64,000 nt of DNA from the human T2T-CHM13v2.0 reference genome, Homo sapiens. Below the pieces are notes generated by a model. It made no database searches, was not told where the DNA came from, and was given only the letters and a program-made list of their open reading frames with translations. Numbering within the stretch: position 1 is the stretch's first letter; every line of letters begins with the position of its first letter. Below, piece by piece: positions 13,254 to 27,609 of the stretch. Both the position numbers and the translations under genes were made by a program. The DNA lies in the NCBI RefSeq assembly GCF_009914755.1, contig NC_060928.1. One strand, given 5' to 3'.

Positions 13254-14439
13254 ACTAGCTACACTGTTTCAAGACAGTGTACTTAAGAAATAGAATTCTG
13301 TATACGCTTAAGACTGTCCCTTCCCCCTTCCTCTCCCCTTCATCTCTCCCATCCTCTGTCTATCCTCCCTTAAACCTGCACTAAGTACCTACCACCTGCG
13401 GGCACTGTGTTTGGCACTGGGGAGCAGAGACTAAATACAGCCTCTTTAGGAATCAGCAAAGAAAAACCAAAACCAACTCTAGGAACCAGCAAAAGTTGGG
13501 AAGACAGTGACAAGTTGTAGGAGAACAGGTATGCGGTCAGTGCCCAGTGAAAAAATATATTCATATCTCGGGTATCTATTTTTGCCCAATCCTATTTTTC
13601 TTGTATGCTAAAACTCACCAAAATATTAATCAAAAGTAGCCCAGTAAGGTTTATCAAAAAAATTTAATGAAAGATTGATGACTTTGAGATCCTAAAAATG
13701 TAGAGTGAGAGAAGTCATGAGGAAACAGAGAAATGGGAACAAGAGGAACTGGGGGTTAGTCGGGGATAAGTGGATGGGGAGGCTCCAGCTAGGGGCATTA
13801 CTTGGTGGCCTTAAATGGGTTAGGATGGTGAAGGCCAGGGAGGAGCTGCTACAGGAAGGATTCAGGGCATGAGGATGGGAGAACCTAGAGAACGGCATAA
13901 GTACCTAGGTCCCAGTTTGTCTTGGCCTAAGAATTATGCCTGGAAACCTAGGCAGGAAGGATCTCAGCTTTTTTATTTACATAGTTGCCAACAGAGGGTT
14001 CTGGGTTGGACCCAGAATAAAGGGGAAACAAGAGATTAAGAGGCTAACGATATGTTGGCCAGCCAGGCTGATGGAAGCCCAGGTCATGTTCATGATTGTC
14101 TCTGGAATGTACTGGGCTCTCCAACTGTGATTAATGCTATATATAGTGTCTGTCCCAGTCTTGCAGTGCTGTCCTTGATCCTACACTCCAATGTATGTCT
14201 GAGTGTGACATTACTAATGAGTCATCTACGAAGAGGGCAGATGAACTGTTCTGCCTTGGGCACATATTAGGAATGAGGGAATAAAAAGGAACAATCTGAA
14301 TTCCAGTGACTAAGTTAAAGAAGGCACTTCCAGAACTTGAACAGTGGCAGTGAAAGAAGCGGGGAGTCTAAGACAACAGATGTCCTGTTGGAGGGTTGCT
14401 AGGCACTTAGGGTTCTAGCTGTCATTCGCTTATTCTATT

Positions 14440-15335
14440 ACTGCGTTCATTTATTCATTTATATCTGTTCAAGACCTTTAATATTCATTCCAGAGACTGT
14501 GCTAGGTACTGTGGACACAGTAGGGAAGAAGACTTATGATGCAGTGGGGCAGAAGGATGTTAAATAATTATAAAAAGTACAATAATTGATTTATGTTTCT
14601 GACATATGCTGTGAAGAAGAGTTACAAGGTGCATTATATAGGAAACTGACATAACTTGGAAATCAGGGTGGCATTTTCTGAAGATGTGATGCATTAGCTG
14701 AAGAGTTATGCAGGACAGGGTGGGAAAGAAGAGCATTTTAGGCAGAGGGAACAATACACTGTACTCTTCCTTCCTGGCACCTTTTGCACCTGGCATTATG
14801 TAGCCATTTATTTAATTACTGGTTGATTCTCTGTCTCCCCATCCAGACTACCCACTCCAAGAGGTCAGGGGATGTATTGGACTTGGTTACTGCAACATGT
14901 TCAGTGTCCATCCTAGTGCCTGGCACATGTGAGGTCTCAGTTAGAACCTATTGAATGTACATGTGTGGAAGCTCAGAAGGAATTTGGAGCATTTGAGAGT
15001 CTAAAAGGAGGTCATTGTTGGTGAGCACAGAGTGGGGGGTTGAGAGGTTCAAAATAGGATGGAAAAGTTACCCTGGGCCTTGTGAGCCACATGAAGGATT
15101 TGGGGCTCTATTTAGGGCAATGGGAAATGACCAAAAGGTGTTAAATAAAAAGTGATGAGATCAGATTTGTAGTTTAAAAATAACATTCTGGCTGCTGTAT
15201 GAAGAGTAGGTTGGAAGGGAGCAGGAGTGGGCACAGGAAGATCATTTGGGTTGCTTATGTAGTGGTCCAGCAAAAACATGATGGCATCTTTGACTAGGAA
15301 GATGAAAAGAGATGGACGGACTCAAGAGGTTAGCT
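14440..15335 (-). mobile_element. L2 fragment(s), with a plus-strand L2 3' end nested at about 14790-14960
   Basis: ttcatttattcattt...gtgctaggtactgtggacacag...aggcagagggaaca; nested ctagtgcctggcacatgtgagg...ttgaatg. Confidence 0.7.
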
Positions 15336-15350
15336 AAAAAGACAACTGCA

Positions 15351-16342
<992 letters not shown>

Positions 16343-19300
16343 ATAAAAAGGCAGAATAGAAGGAGAAAATGACAGAAGTGAGAAGGACACAGGAAGGGGG
16401 GATGAAAAACCATAAAAGGGAAAATTTAACTAATAAATCTGAATATTTTTCAAGTTTGTTTTCAGGAACCTGGCAAAGTGGTTCCCTATATGGAGCCTCT
16501 AGTTTGGGCACAGAAAATTGAGGTTTTGAGAAAATCCCCTTAATAGCTATAGGTTGCTTATTTAAACCACTGTCCAGTGGAGGAAACAATTTTGAGCCTT
16601 CCTGGAAGCACTTACACTTTAAAGACCCTCCTGTCTGCTGTGTCATTAGGGGACCAGCATGGCAGCCATCAGATTAATTTAATAGACTTTTATGTAGCAT
16701 TTATCAGCATCCGTATAGCAGCGATATCATACAGAAATGCCAGCAGGGGATGTACAAAGCCTGTAACTAGTGAGAGTGAGATCAGTGGGGAGCATGAGGG
16801 AGCTGAAGGCCCCTGATTCATGTTAAATAATAACATCTTCCCTGGGGTCACAACGCCACCGCAGATGAGAGGGTCTTTAAAGTTTAACTGCCCTCACTGG
16901 AGAAGCTGGCAGTTTTATCCCCAGGGCAAGCCATCAGAGAGGGGACAAAGCAGTGTTAGGCAGGCTCATGGATTAAAAAGAAATGTCTTTCTATGAGTGG
17001 CATGTGTAATATGTGGATTTTGGTTAATCCCTTTTCTGTCCTGAGGCCTGGAGATGCTCTGTGATGTTTATGTGACCCGAGGAAGGGATGGGGAAGCAAC
17101 AGGGGCTCCTGGAGTGGAGCAGTAGGATCTGAGATTGCCAGGATTTCAATTTAAAAGGAGACCAGGCTCCAGAGGCCAGAGACATCTGTGAAAGGAGAGG
17201 AAAGGCAGGAAGGAGTCAGTGAAAAGCGAGTGAGGCTGAGTTAGGATGGGATGGCCAGCAACAGGAGTTAGAGGTGGAAGGTGTGAAGCTTTCTGGATGG
17301 AAGCTGGTTGGACAGGGGCCTTTGGAGCTTCAGGAATTACCTGGCAAAAGTTGAGACTCGGAAATAGCTCAGGTCTGGAGAACAAAACAGAAGGGACCTG
17401 TTACCTCGGCAGCCACAGAATCATTGGTTCTTGAGGATATCTCAGAGGTCATCTGGTTAAACCCTAGGTCTACAGAGGTGACACATCCCTGAGCTGTTAG
17501 GGGCATGAATCCCCTAGTCCAAGTCCCAACTCTGGCAAACATGAAGGTGAATGGGATCTCCCAGGAAGCAGGTTTTCTGGCCTCAGCAATTCTGTAGTGA
17601 GAGACAAGCGAAGCACCATGGTGGCCCAGTACTAACTCCCTACTCACCGTTCGGAAAGGATCTGGGGCTCAGTGTCCCTAAAAGCCTACGCTCCATTCAC
17701 GTCTGAGATGTCAGAAACACAGCACTCAAAGGGAAATGAAAATTCAAGATATGCTGGAAGGAAAATAAATTTCTCAAATAAGGCCCAGTGCCTAAGACTA
17801 CCACCACTGCACATTTCCAACAAGGCCTTGCTCAGCGTGGAGATGTTTCCTCCCTAAGACTGCGTCACCATTATGCCCTGCATGGAAGAATATCTCAACT
17901 CAGCTTAAATTCCAGCTCTGGGCCTTTAGTGCAGATCCTGGGAAGACTAACTCTGCAATTTTTTTTCCCTCCTCAGATATCCCCCCAAGTCTCTGCTATC
18001 ATCTTTGCCAACATGACACACTAATTCCAGGAACCTAATTTTTTCCAGGAATCGCTGAGAGTGCTTTTGTTTCCCAAATTTTGTGGGTAGGAAGCTAGTG
18101 CTATAATAACTATATGTCATATTACATCTTTGGATTCTCTAAAAAGATGGCATTATGCGAGACTTTGAGGCTTGAAGAAACTGTATCCATCCCAATGAGA
18201 GGAAGGTGAGAATCACTGCAGAAAGAACCTGAATCCCCTCCCTGCCCCTCACCTGAGTTTTTGTTTTTTGAATCAAGAACTCTCTAATTTCGACTTAAGA
18301 ATTTTGGGCTTGGGACTCATAAGGGCAACATCATTTGTTTTAAAAATTTGTTTTCTTTCGACTTTCATTTACAAGAGGATTTAGTCCTTGGATTTAAATT
18401 TCTCCCCAAGAATTTAATAATAAAGAATCATTTTTATTATTGGAATATGTTCATGTTGTCAGTAAATCTAATTTCAGAACCTCTGATGAGCCGTATTGGA
18501 TGATGTATTTTGGTATGGAAAACACAAGAGAGAGTGAATTTTCAACCTTAGATTAATGCCCTATTTGAGATTTTGATTCATGTGCTGGTTAGATCTACTT
18601 GTGAACCTTGCGGTGGGTAAATCTGCACTTTCACCTGTAGACCCAGGAGGGTCCCCAAAGGAGCAGTGATGGGTGGTTACTGGGGTACTGCTTCATGGAA
18701 GTGGAAACAACACTGACTCAAGGATACTGTTTTCCTGAAATAGCAGCCCTAGCTCCTCTCTGCCCTATGTGAGTGGTGAGTTTGGGAACAGGCTCTTCTC
18801 TCTTGGGCTCCACCTGCCTGCTGAGAAGGTACACTCTACTATGCATGCACAGCCACAGGTAAGTGTGGCAAAGCAAGTCCTGTCCATGCAGAGGATACTG
18901 TGTGCCCCATCACTACCCATGGCTGGTGGATTGGTTGAATTCAAGGAAGCAGAGTCCACTAGCTGGCCCACTTGGTCAGACATTGGGGCCACATCCTCTA
19001 GCATAGCTTTGGATCAGGGATCCCCATCGGTCTGACTCACGTGTCTATCTTTTGTTCTCTTTTCTATAGAAAAATCATAGTGTGTACATTGCTTGAATGA
19101 TCCTTTTGGGTTTGGCTGTTACTCACAGATGAAGGAGACATTTCCAAGGTTGTAACCAGAGTCATTCTAAGCACAGTCCTTGCAGCAGTAGAGACAATCC
19201 CAATGACTACAGGAAATCCTCAACTCTCATCCAGAACCTGTAAGCTCAGGACATGCATCATAGGAAGGATGTGAATTGCTGCAGTGCTTCCATGGTAGTC

Positions 19301-20280
19301 TTTTGCTCCCTGCCTACGTGGGCAAGAAGCTGTAGACTCTGGGATAATTTGGACGATCCCAGCACGGGTATACTCCACTCTGCTTCATGGCACTTACCAA
19401 GGCTGGAGAGAGACCACACCCATCCCTTCTGTTTTCCATTGCATTCCCTTCCCCAAACTTTCCATCCAGAAATTCTTCTTTGGTTGACCCTGCCACATTG
19501 TATATTCTTGTTCTCCCCCCCATGATGCATTTTATTTCAGTATCCTTAGATTCCTAATAAATCAATTATTTAAACATAGACAATGTCTAGATTAATTTCC
19601 TACACAAAAATACAAATGCTAGGGTTCCTATGACACCTTTTACAAGGTGTGGTCTAGTCTTCTTATACTCTATGTTGACAGTTTTCATTTCAACAAAAAT
19701 TTAGGTGACTGCTTAGTCCGTACATCTCAGTGTTTCTGGCATTGTGTTAGGTGTGGGAGACAGTGAAATGAAAGTCACAAGCCCAGTTGTCAAAGATCTC
19801 ACTCTCTTGAGGGCAAAGAGTAAGTAAAACAGGATTAGAGAACAGTACAATGAGTGAAAGAATGGAGGTATAAAGGGGTTGTAATTTGTGTATAGAGGCT
19901 AAGGGGGAGGGCATTAAGCTTAGGGAAGACAGTGCACCCTACCTGGTCCAGTGGGTTGTATTACATGCAAATGATCAAGTTTCACTGCATATTCGATTTT
20001 CACATTTCACGTATGTCATGATTTTATACATACTGCAATATTCAGAACCCAATATCTTGCTATTGGATTTGCTGAGAATATAACAAAAGCCTACAGGAAA
20101 GAGACGTTTTTGAAGCAGCTCCCCTGGTGTCTTTGGTTTTCTTTCCGCAGACACATAGTGGCCAGTGACTGCAGGTGTGAGGAACCTCATCAGCTGCAAA
20201 GAGTAGAGAAACTCCTTCCACTTTCCTCTAGGAATGGTGGTGCAAATGGTTGTTATCAACATAGTGGGAAACATTGCAAC

Positions 20281-20440
20281 CAATGCTTCTCATGCTTTAA
20301 CATGCAAATGAATGACTTGGGGATTTGTCAAAGGCAGGTTCTGATTCTAGTAAGTCTGAGATTCTGAGATTCTGCACTTCTAACAAGCTTTCAAGAGATG
20401 CTGATGCTGCTGGTCCTTAGATCACACTTTGGGTAGCAAT
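20281..20440 (-). mobile_element. MER5A/MER5A1 (hAT-Charlie MITE)
   Basis: ctgagattctgcacttctaacaagc...gatgctgatgctgctggtcc...cacactttgggtagcaa. Confidence 0.8.
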
Positions 20441-20704
20441 AGTTGAAGCATGTGTAAACTAATAGGATGCATATATACAATTTTCCTGTTTCCTTGGATA
20501 ACTGCCCTGTGGGGCTTTATGTTCTGATCATCAGGACTCCCTTCTGAATGCCAGAAGCCTTCCTGAAATAGGCTTTAGGTGCTCTCAGCCTTTATAGGGA
20601 ATGACCAAGGATGGCCAATCAAGCACCCCTTCCTTCTCCCAAGACTCACCATGTTCCCTGTGTCATTCATGGGGTGCCTACAGGAGCTGCCACTTTCTAA
20701 AATA

Positions 20705-20820
20705 TCACTAATGTTATCTCCTATGCAGATGAGGAAACTGAGGCACAGAGTGACAGTTTCTCACCAGGCTAGGATTTGAACCCAAGTAGTCTGGATCCAG
20801 AGCCCAATACTGTGCTTTTC
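20705..20820 (-). mobile_element. MIR fragment
   Basis: cagatgaggaaactgaggcacagag...ggatttgaacccaagtagtctgg. Confidence 0.8.
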
Positions 20821-20897
20821 TGCCTTTCAACTATAATGCTCTGATCACGGATGACTCACCCACCCAAGGGTTGACCCCTGCTTTAAAGAAAACAAAA

Positions 20898-21200
20898 GGC
20901 CAAGCATGGTGGCTCATGCCTGTAATTCCAGCACTTCAGGAGGCTGAGGCCTTGGGTGGATCACCTGAGGTCAGGAGTTTGAGATCAGCCTGGCCAACGT
21001 GGTGAAACCCCATCTCAACTAAAAATACAAAAATTAGCCAGACATGATGGCAGGTGCCGGTAGTCCCAGCTACTCGGGAGGCTGAGGTGGGAGAATCACT
21101 TGATCACCGGGAGGTGGAGGTTGCAGTGAGCCAAGATTGCGCCACTGGATTCCAGCCTGGGTGACAAAGAGAGACTCTGTCTCAAAAAGAAAAGAAAAGA
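20898..21200 (+). mobile_element. Alu (AluSx-like), full length
   Basis: Dimeric with (AAAAG)n tail; TSD aaagaaaacaaa. Confidence 0.95.
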
Positions 21201-21430
21201 AAAGAAAACAAAGAAAGAAGTTATATTGAGCCCTGTGGAAGGGTGTTACCTTTCCTCTGAGACCTGAGTTCTTTCTCATTTCTTCTTCTTTTTTTACAAT
21301 CTGGAACTAAACCAGTTAAAACATTCTCACACACAAACTTGAAATCAATTTAATATTACATTTATTTTCTTCTATCCCTAAAGAACTCTTTAATCCTTCA
21401 AAGTAAAAAGAAGGAATTGGAAAAAACAAC

Positions 21431-21803
21431 TGTATTAGCCTGCCCTGGCTCCCATAACAAAATACCACAGACTGAATGACTCAAACAATAGAAATGTATT
21501 TTCTCACTGTTCTGGAGGCTGAAATCTGAGATCAGGGTGCAGGCATGGCTGGTTTCTGATGAGGGCTCACTTTCTGGCTTATAGATGGCCGCCTTCTGTG
21601 TCCTTACATGGCAGAGAGAGAAAGAGAGCAAGAGAGAGAGAAAGCTCTGATATCTCTCCTCCTAAAGGCACTAATCCCATCATGAGGACCCCACCCTTAT
21701 TACTTATTTAAACCTAGTTATCTCCCAAAGGCCTCATTTCCAAATGTCATTGCTTTGGGGGTTGGGGTTTCAGTTTTAGAGAGACAAAATTCAGTCTGTA
21801 GTA
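21431..21803 (-). mobile_element. MaLR solo LTR (MLT1A-like)
   Basis: tgtattag...ccataacaaaataccacagactg...gttctggaggctg...aattcagtctgtagta; 5-bp TSD acaac 21426-21430 / 21804-21808. Confidence 0.88.
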
Positions 21804-22557
21804 ACAACCCAGGGATGGTCATTCTTCTGTATGCTCTGGGTCCAGAAAAGCTTGTCCTCTTCAGAGCAGTCACTGTGTCTCAGAGCAGGACAGAAACAGT
21901 GTGGGGAGTGGCACGTGTGACAAGGGACACCTCACAGGACCTTACTGGAAAGTCCCATGGGCTCTAAGATGTGAGTTGAGGGTGGAGTGGGCAGCATGTA
22001 TCTGTGGTAGGGGCGAGAATATACTTTCTACTAGTTTTACAAGTGGAGAACAATTATTTGGAGTGGGCATCTGGAAGCATATCTTCCTGCCTCCCAGATT
22101 CCATCTTCTCAGCTTAGTCAAAATTAAAATAGCCTAGCATGAGGGAACAAGCATTCTGCAAGACAGCCTACACGAGAAATGAATGTTTTCTTAATCAATT
22201 TTGCTGAAAGGAAGAATTGAGATTGGCATAAAAAGCTGGATTTGGTGAGACAATTAGAAAATGAGGAATTGGAGTTTTTCTACATGTATTTTGCACAAAA
22301 TTGAGGGTGGGCAGGGGATCTCTTCCACCATGTTTCCCTAGAAACTCAGAGTTTGGAAATAGTGCCCTACAGCTCTGATCTCACCTGGGCCAGTGGGTGT
22401 CTTCCCCAGGAGTTTCTGGGTTTGGGATGAGAAAGATGGGAGAGTCTTTCTAGTGACAGAAACCATAAGATGAAAAAGTTTGGGCTGTTGGCAGCCATGT
22501 CTGCAAGACTTCAGACAGATGGATTGAATGGAGAAGAAGGGGTTAGAGATGGAGGTT

Positions 22558-22958
22558 CAGAATGGCCTGAATTATGCCTCGCCCCTGCCTCCCACCCCAC
22601 CTAAAAAATTTATGGTTAAGTCCTAACACCCAGGACTTCAGAATGTGACTATATTTGGAGACAGGGTCTCCAAAGGGTTAATCAAAGTGAAATGAGGTCA
22701 TCAGCGTGGACCTTCATCCAACCTGACTGGTGTCATATAAGAAGAGGAGATTAGGACACAAATGCGGAGACCACATGAAGAAACAGAGAAGACGGCCACT
22801 TACAAACAAAGGAGAGAGGCCTCAGAAGAAACCAGTGCTGCCAACACCTTTATCTTGGACTTTGAGCCTCGCCTCTAGAACAGTGAGAAAATAAGTTTGT
22901 GTTGTTTAAGTCACCCCGGTCTGTGGTATTTGCGATGGCACCCCTACCAAACTAATAT
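22558..22958 (+). mobile_element. MaLR solo LTR (MLT1A0-like)
   Basis: gtcctaacacccagg...cagaatgtgactatatttggagacagggtc...gtgagaaaataagtttgtgttgtttaagtcacc. Confidence 0.88.
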
Positions 22959-23254
22959 GACCCCGATCTAAGAGCTTCTGAAGCCTAAGCACATTCCTGT
23001 TCTTGGAGTCCATGAGACAGCTCACTAGCCCAGTGATAAATTCCTGATTTCTCCAAGCGATTTGATGATGCATCACTTAAATCACATGGCTGTCTTCTTC
23101 CTGTGTGTCTTGATATCATACTCCCTTTTACATGTGTGTCTCTGTGTCCAGTTTCCTATTTACATAAGGACACCCATCATATTGCATAACGGCCCACCCT
23201 AATGACTTAATTTTGACTTGATTAGCTCTGTAAAGACTTCCTGGCTCTTCCTTC

Positions 23255-23568
<314 letters not shown>

Positions 23569-23574
23569 CTAGCT

Positions 23575-23682
23575 CCTCTTTTCTTCCTTCCTTTCCTTCC
23601 CTCCCCTCTCTCCTTCCCTCCCTCTTTCCTTCCCTCCCTCTCTCTTTCTGTTCCCTCTTTCTCTCTCTCTCTCTCTCTCTCT
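23575..23682. repeat. Polypyrimidine low-complexity tract ((CCTT)n/(CT)n)
   Basis: Directly visible; probably the mutated A tail of the adjacent Alu. Confidence 0.9.
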
Positions 23683-23714
23683 CGCACCTATGTGTGCCCA
23701 TGTGCACGCATAAT

Positions 23715-23952
23715 AGGATCTCATGTTGCCCAGGCTGGTCACAAACTCTTGGGCTCAAGTGATCCTTCTGCCTTAGCCTCTTGGGTAGCTGGGACTATAG
23801 GCACACACTACCGCACCTGGCTTTTTTTTCTTTTTTTTTGGTAGAGATGGGATCTGGCTCTGTTGAACAGGTTGATCTTGAACTCTTGGCCTCAAGCTAT
23901 CCTTCTACCTCTCCCAAAGTGCTGAGATCATAGGTGTGAGCCACTGCATCTG
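23715..23952 (-). mobile_element. Old Alu dimer of two left-type monomers (FLAM_C + FLAM_A-like)
   Basis: Both arms have left-monomer 3' ends (gttgcccaggctggtc/gttgaacaggttgatc). Confidence 0.75.
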
Positions 23953-25019
23953 TGGTACTGGGGGTTAGGACTTCCACGTATCTTTTTTGGAGGTCACAAT
24001 TCAACTCATAACAGTGGACTCCTCCTTCCTGGACTGACTGGCTTCCTGGTATTTTGGAAAGATGGCAGTGAGACTCAAGAAAGAAAGGTCTCGATGATGT
24101 GGCACCCAGTTTGAAAGACCACAGGCTGTGCAGGATCTGAGCAGCCATATCAACAGGTTACTGAGGGCCAACCTATGGACTGTGATGCTTTCTCTGTGCA
24201 CTACAACCCCAACCCCCAGATGCCCTGACACCCTGGAGATTTAGGACAGTGGCACTAACATGGCACATAGGGCATGCTTACCTCACAAAGAAGTGAGGTT
24301 TACTGTTGAAAGTTCTGAGAGATAATTACAAAGGTATGTTTCTTGTATACTTAAGCATGTGCACCAAGATTTCTGCCACTGCACCTCTGACCAGTGCCCC
24401 CGCCACTAGGCCTGTCATTAGTGTCTGTACCTCTCTTTTTGCTCCCACCTTCAACAAGCCAAATGCTGATCATGCCAGCAGTTGTTTCCTAGCACATGTT
24501 TATCACTGACTGCTTGATTTTTCTCCCCTCTAAAGTTCTTTTTGTTCAATACTACCAGTATCGATATTAATAAATGTTATATTAAAAAAGCCTATTGCAT
24601 TTGTGAAAGAAACAGATGGTGAACTCTCATAAATAACTTGCCTGGTCATTGTATCTTCTTTTTATTTCTCTTCTTCTTTCCCTTTTTTTAAAAAAAATCT
24701 TTTATTTGATATATACTGCAGACAGAAGCAAAGGGAAAAAATACGTAGAAAAGAATATGATTTCATAATCATAGAAGGAATTGTGTTCAGAGCTAGAGAA
24801 CATGCAGTAATTTTCTATAGTGAAAAGCAATTTCCTTCAAACATAAGCCATAACTTTTTACCCTGTTCACAATAATTTTGCAGTTTCCACATTTCCCTGG
24901 GAAAATAACCCCCAATTTCCTGACCTTGCTTAAAAAGTTCAGTTTGGGAAAGCAGCTCCTGAGTTCATCCCCAGTCACTGGTTTATGGGAGGAAGCTTCA
25001 TTCTGCAAGAAATAAACAG

Positions 25020-25490
25020 CTGGAGGTGCCCTAGGCCCTGGTCTCAAACCCCTTACATGTCTAATTGGCTGTGTGATCTCAGAGAGGAAATAAACGAAGG
25101 GCTTCAGTTTTGCTTTATCTCATCAGAAAACACTAATGTAAAAAATCAAGTATGCATTGTTCTCTTCAGTTGTTCCTTTATCAAATATTGAGTGCCTACT
25201 ATATTTGAGTTTATAGCTCAGCTGGGAAGACAAGCAAAAATGTGAAATTACAACCTAGATAAATGCTAAGAAACGGAGGTTAGGAGTGCATACAAGGGGA
25301 ATTTGAGCTAGTTAGGGATTCAGGGAAGACTTATCTAAGGAAGGACCCTGCATGCTGTCGTCTTAAAGACTGAAAGATGGGGTGCAGACTGGTGTGTGAT
25401 GGGCTGGAAGGTAGATAGGGCCAGCATGTGCCCATGCAGAGCTTTCCAGACCGTGGTAAATATTTGGTCTTTATTCCAAAGCAGTGACTG
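25020..25490. mobile_element. MIR (+, about 25020-25130) and L2 (-, about 25170-25490) fragments
   Basis: ggctgtgtgatctc...gggcttcagttttgc; caaatattgagtgcctactat...gattcagggaagactt. Confidence 0.55.
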
Positions 25491-25588
25491 GGGAGCATGT
25501 TTTATGTGTGTGTGTGGGAGGGCAGGGGTGCGATTGTTCATCCACATCAAGTCCCTGGTGACAGATGTCATGATAAAAAGTGAGTCTC

Positions 25589-25939
<351 letters not shown>

Positions 25940-26361
25940 TTAATGTTAAAGACAGTTTTTGGTTTATCAGATCCTTGGGTATGTTATTTGGTTCACAATG
26001 CATCCACAGAGAACCAGAGCTGAATTCTAATTAGTATATAAGCCATCTGTAGCCACAAGATTGTAAAGGATGATACAATATTTATTAAAAATATTGATAG
26101 ACAACTAGTTAGTCATGTAGATTAGCTGGAAGGATGCATATCAAAATGTTGTTAAGGGATTTGTTGGTGACTTTTGATTTTCTTTTTTGGTACATTTTAT
26201 ATTTTTCAAGTTTTCTGGAAGTAATTTTTTTAAGAACTCCCTAAAAATATAACTGAGTGTCAGAGGCACCAGGCATGCATGCCCTTTTTATTTGGGAATT
26301 GAACAGTATGGGATCAGGTTACTGTGAGGCAGGGGCTTCAAAAGAATAAAAAACACTGGTG

Positions 26362-26723
26362 TGCTATAGACCAAATTATGTCTTCCCCAAATTCATGTAC
26401 GGATGCCTTAACTCCCAGTATGGCTATATTTGGAGTAAGTAAGTAATTAAAGATAAATAAACTCATAAAGGTGGAGCCGTGATGTGATAGGTTTAGTGTC
26501 CTTATAAGAGACACCAGAGAGCTCTTTCTCTTTCTCCCCACCATGTGAGGTTGCATGAGGAGGCACCATCCATGAACCCAAAAGCAGGCCCTCAGTAGAA
26601 ACCCAATTAGCTAGCACCTTGATCTTGAACTTCCCAGCCTCCAGAACTGTGAGAAATAAATGTCTGTTGTTTAAGCTACACAGTCTAAGGCATTTTTAAA
26701 AAGCAGCCCAACAGACTAAGATG
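26362..26723 (+). mobile_element. MaLR solo LTR (MLT1A-like)
   Basis: tgctatagac...ccccaaattcatg...gcaccttgatcttgaacttcccagcctccagaactgtgagaaataaatgtctgttgtttaagc. Confidence 0.88.
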
Positions 26724-27590
26724 GGTGGTTAAATTCCATGGCCACAGTTTTTCTGAAAAGATGCCACAGAAAAGGAGAAATGTACGCTGCATCTTGTTCA
26801 ATTTTATTACATTTCATGTTCTTTTTGTGATGAAAAAAAATGCTACCATCTAACGCCTACCAAAAAAATCAACAGATCCTCACAAGAAGCATTTGAAGTA
26901 TGGGAGCATGTCTAAATGTACATTTATGTGCATGTAATGCTTGGAGAGACATAAACACCGGCCCCAAATAAAATCTGAGCCAAGTTTTATCCACAGAGAC
27001 CGAAACAGGATTTTTGCACTGTGCTGTCTGCTGAAGGGTCTACAGGCTTCTGAGAGTCAGAGAACTTCTTTGTTCTATGAGAAGAGCAACATTACAGGGG
27101 CTTCAGAGATGGGAGGAGGCTCTTCCCCAGGCAGAAGCAAAGAGTCTCAGGGGAAGGGATGTTAAAGCTGCGTTCTGAGGTATGGATAGGAGTTCACCGA
27201 GTGGGTGAGGAGAGAGAAAGTTCTCTTGTGAGTTTATGAGAGCAGGAACCAGGTCTTCTTTTTCTCTGTGCCTGGTACCTCCGTGGTGCTTTGTGGAGTG
27301 TATGAATAGAGGAGCGCAGAGGTCAGATGAAGCAGTATGTAGAAAGGTCCTGGGGCCAGAAGCAGTGTGAGATGTTTGAAAGATTCTAAACTGTCTGATA
27401 TTGTTTGTGTATGTGTGGGGCATGGGAGCAGGGTGGGGTAGTGAGGAGGGGCGAGAGGATGGCTGGAGTAGAGGGAAGTGGAGCACAAAGGAGGTAAGGA
27501 TGGAGAGATAAACAGGGGTGGGATCATGCAGGGCCTGTATACTGCGCTTGGAAGTCCAGACTCGGCTGTGTGGGCAATGGCATCGTAGAT

Positions 27591-27609
27591 TTGCCAGCAG
27601 GTGGCAGAA
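27591..27609 (+). promoter_or_regulatory. Candidate CTCF binding motif
   Basis: ttgCCAGCAGGTGGCAGaa matches the core CCASYAGRKGGCRS at all positions; motif only. Confidence 0.55.
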
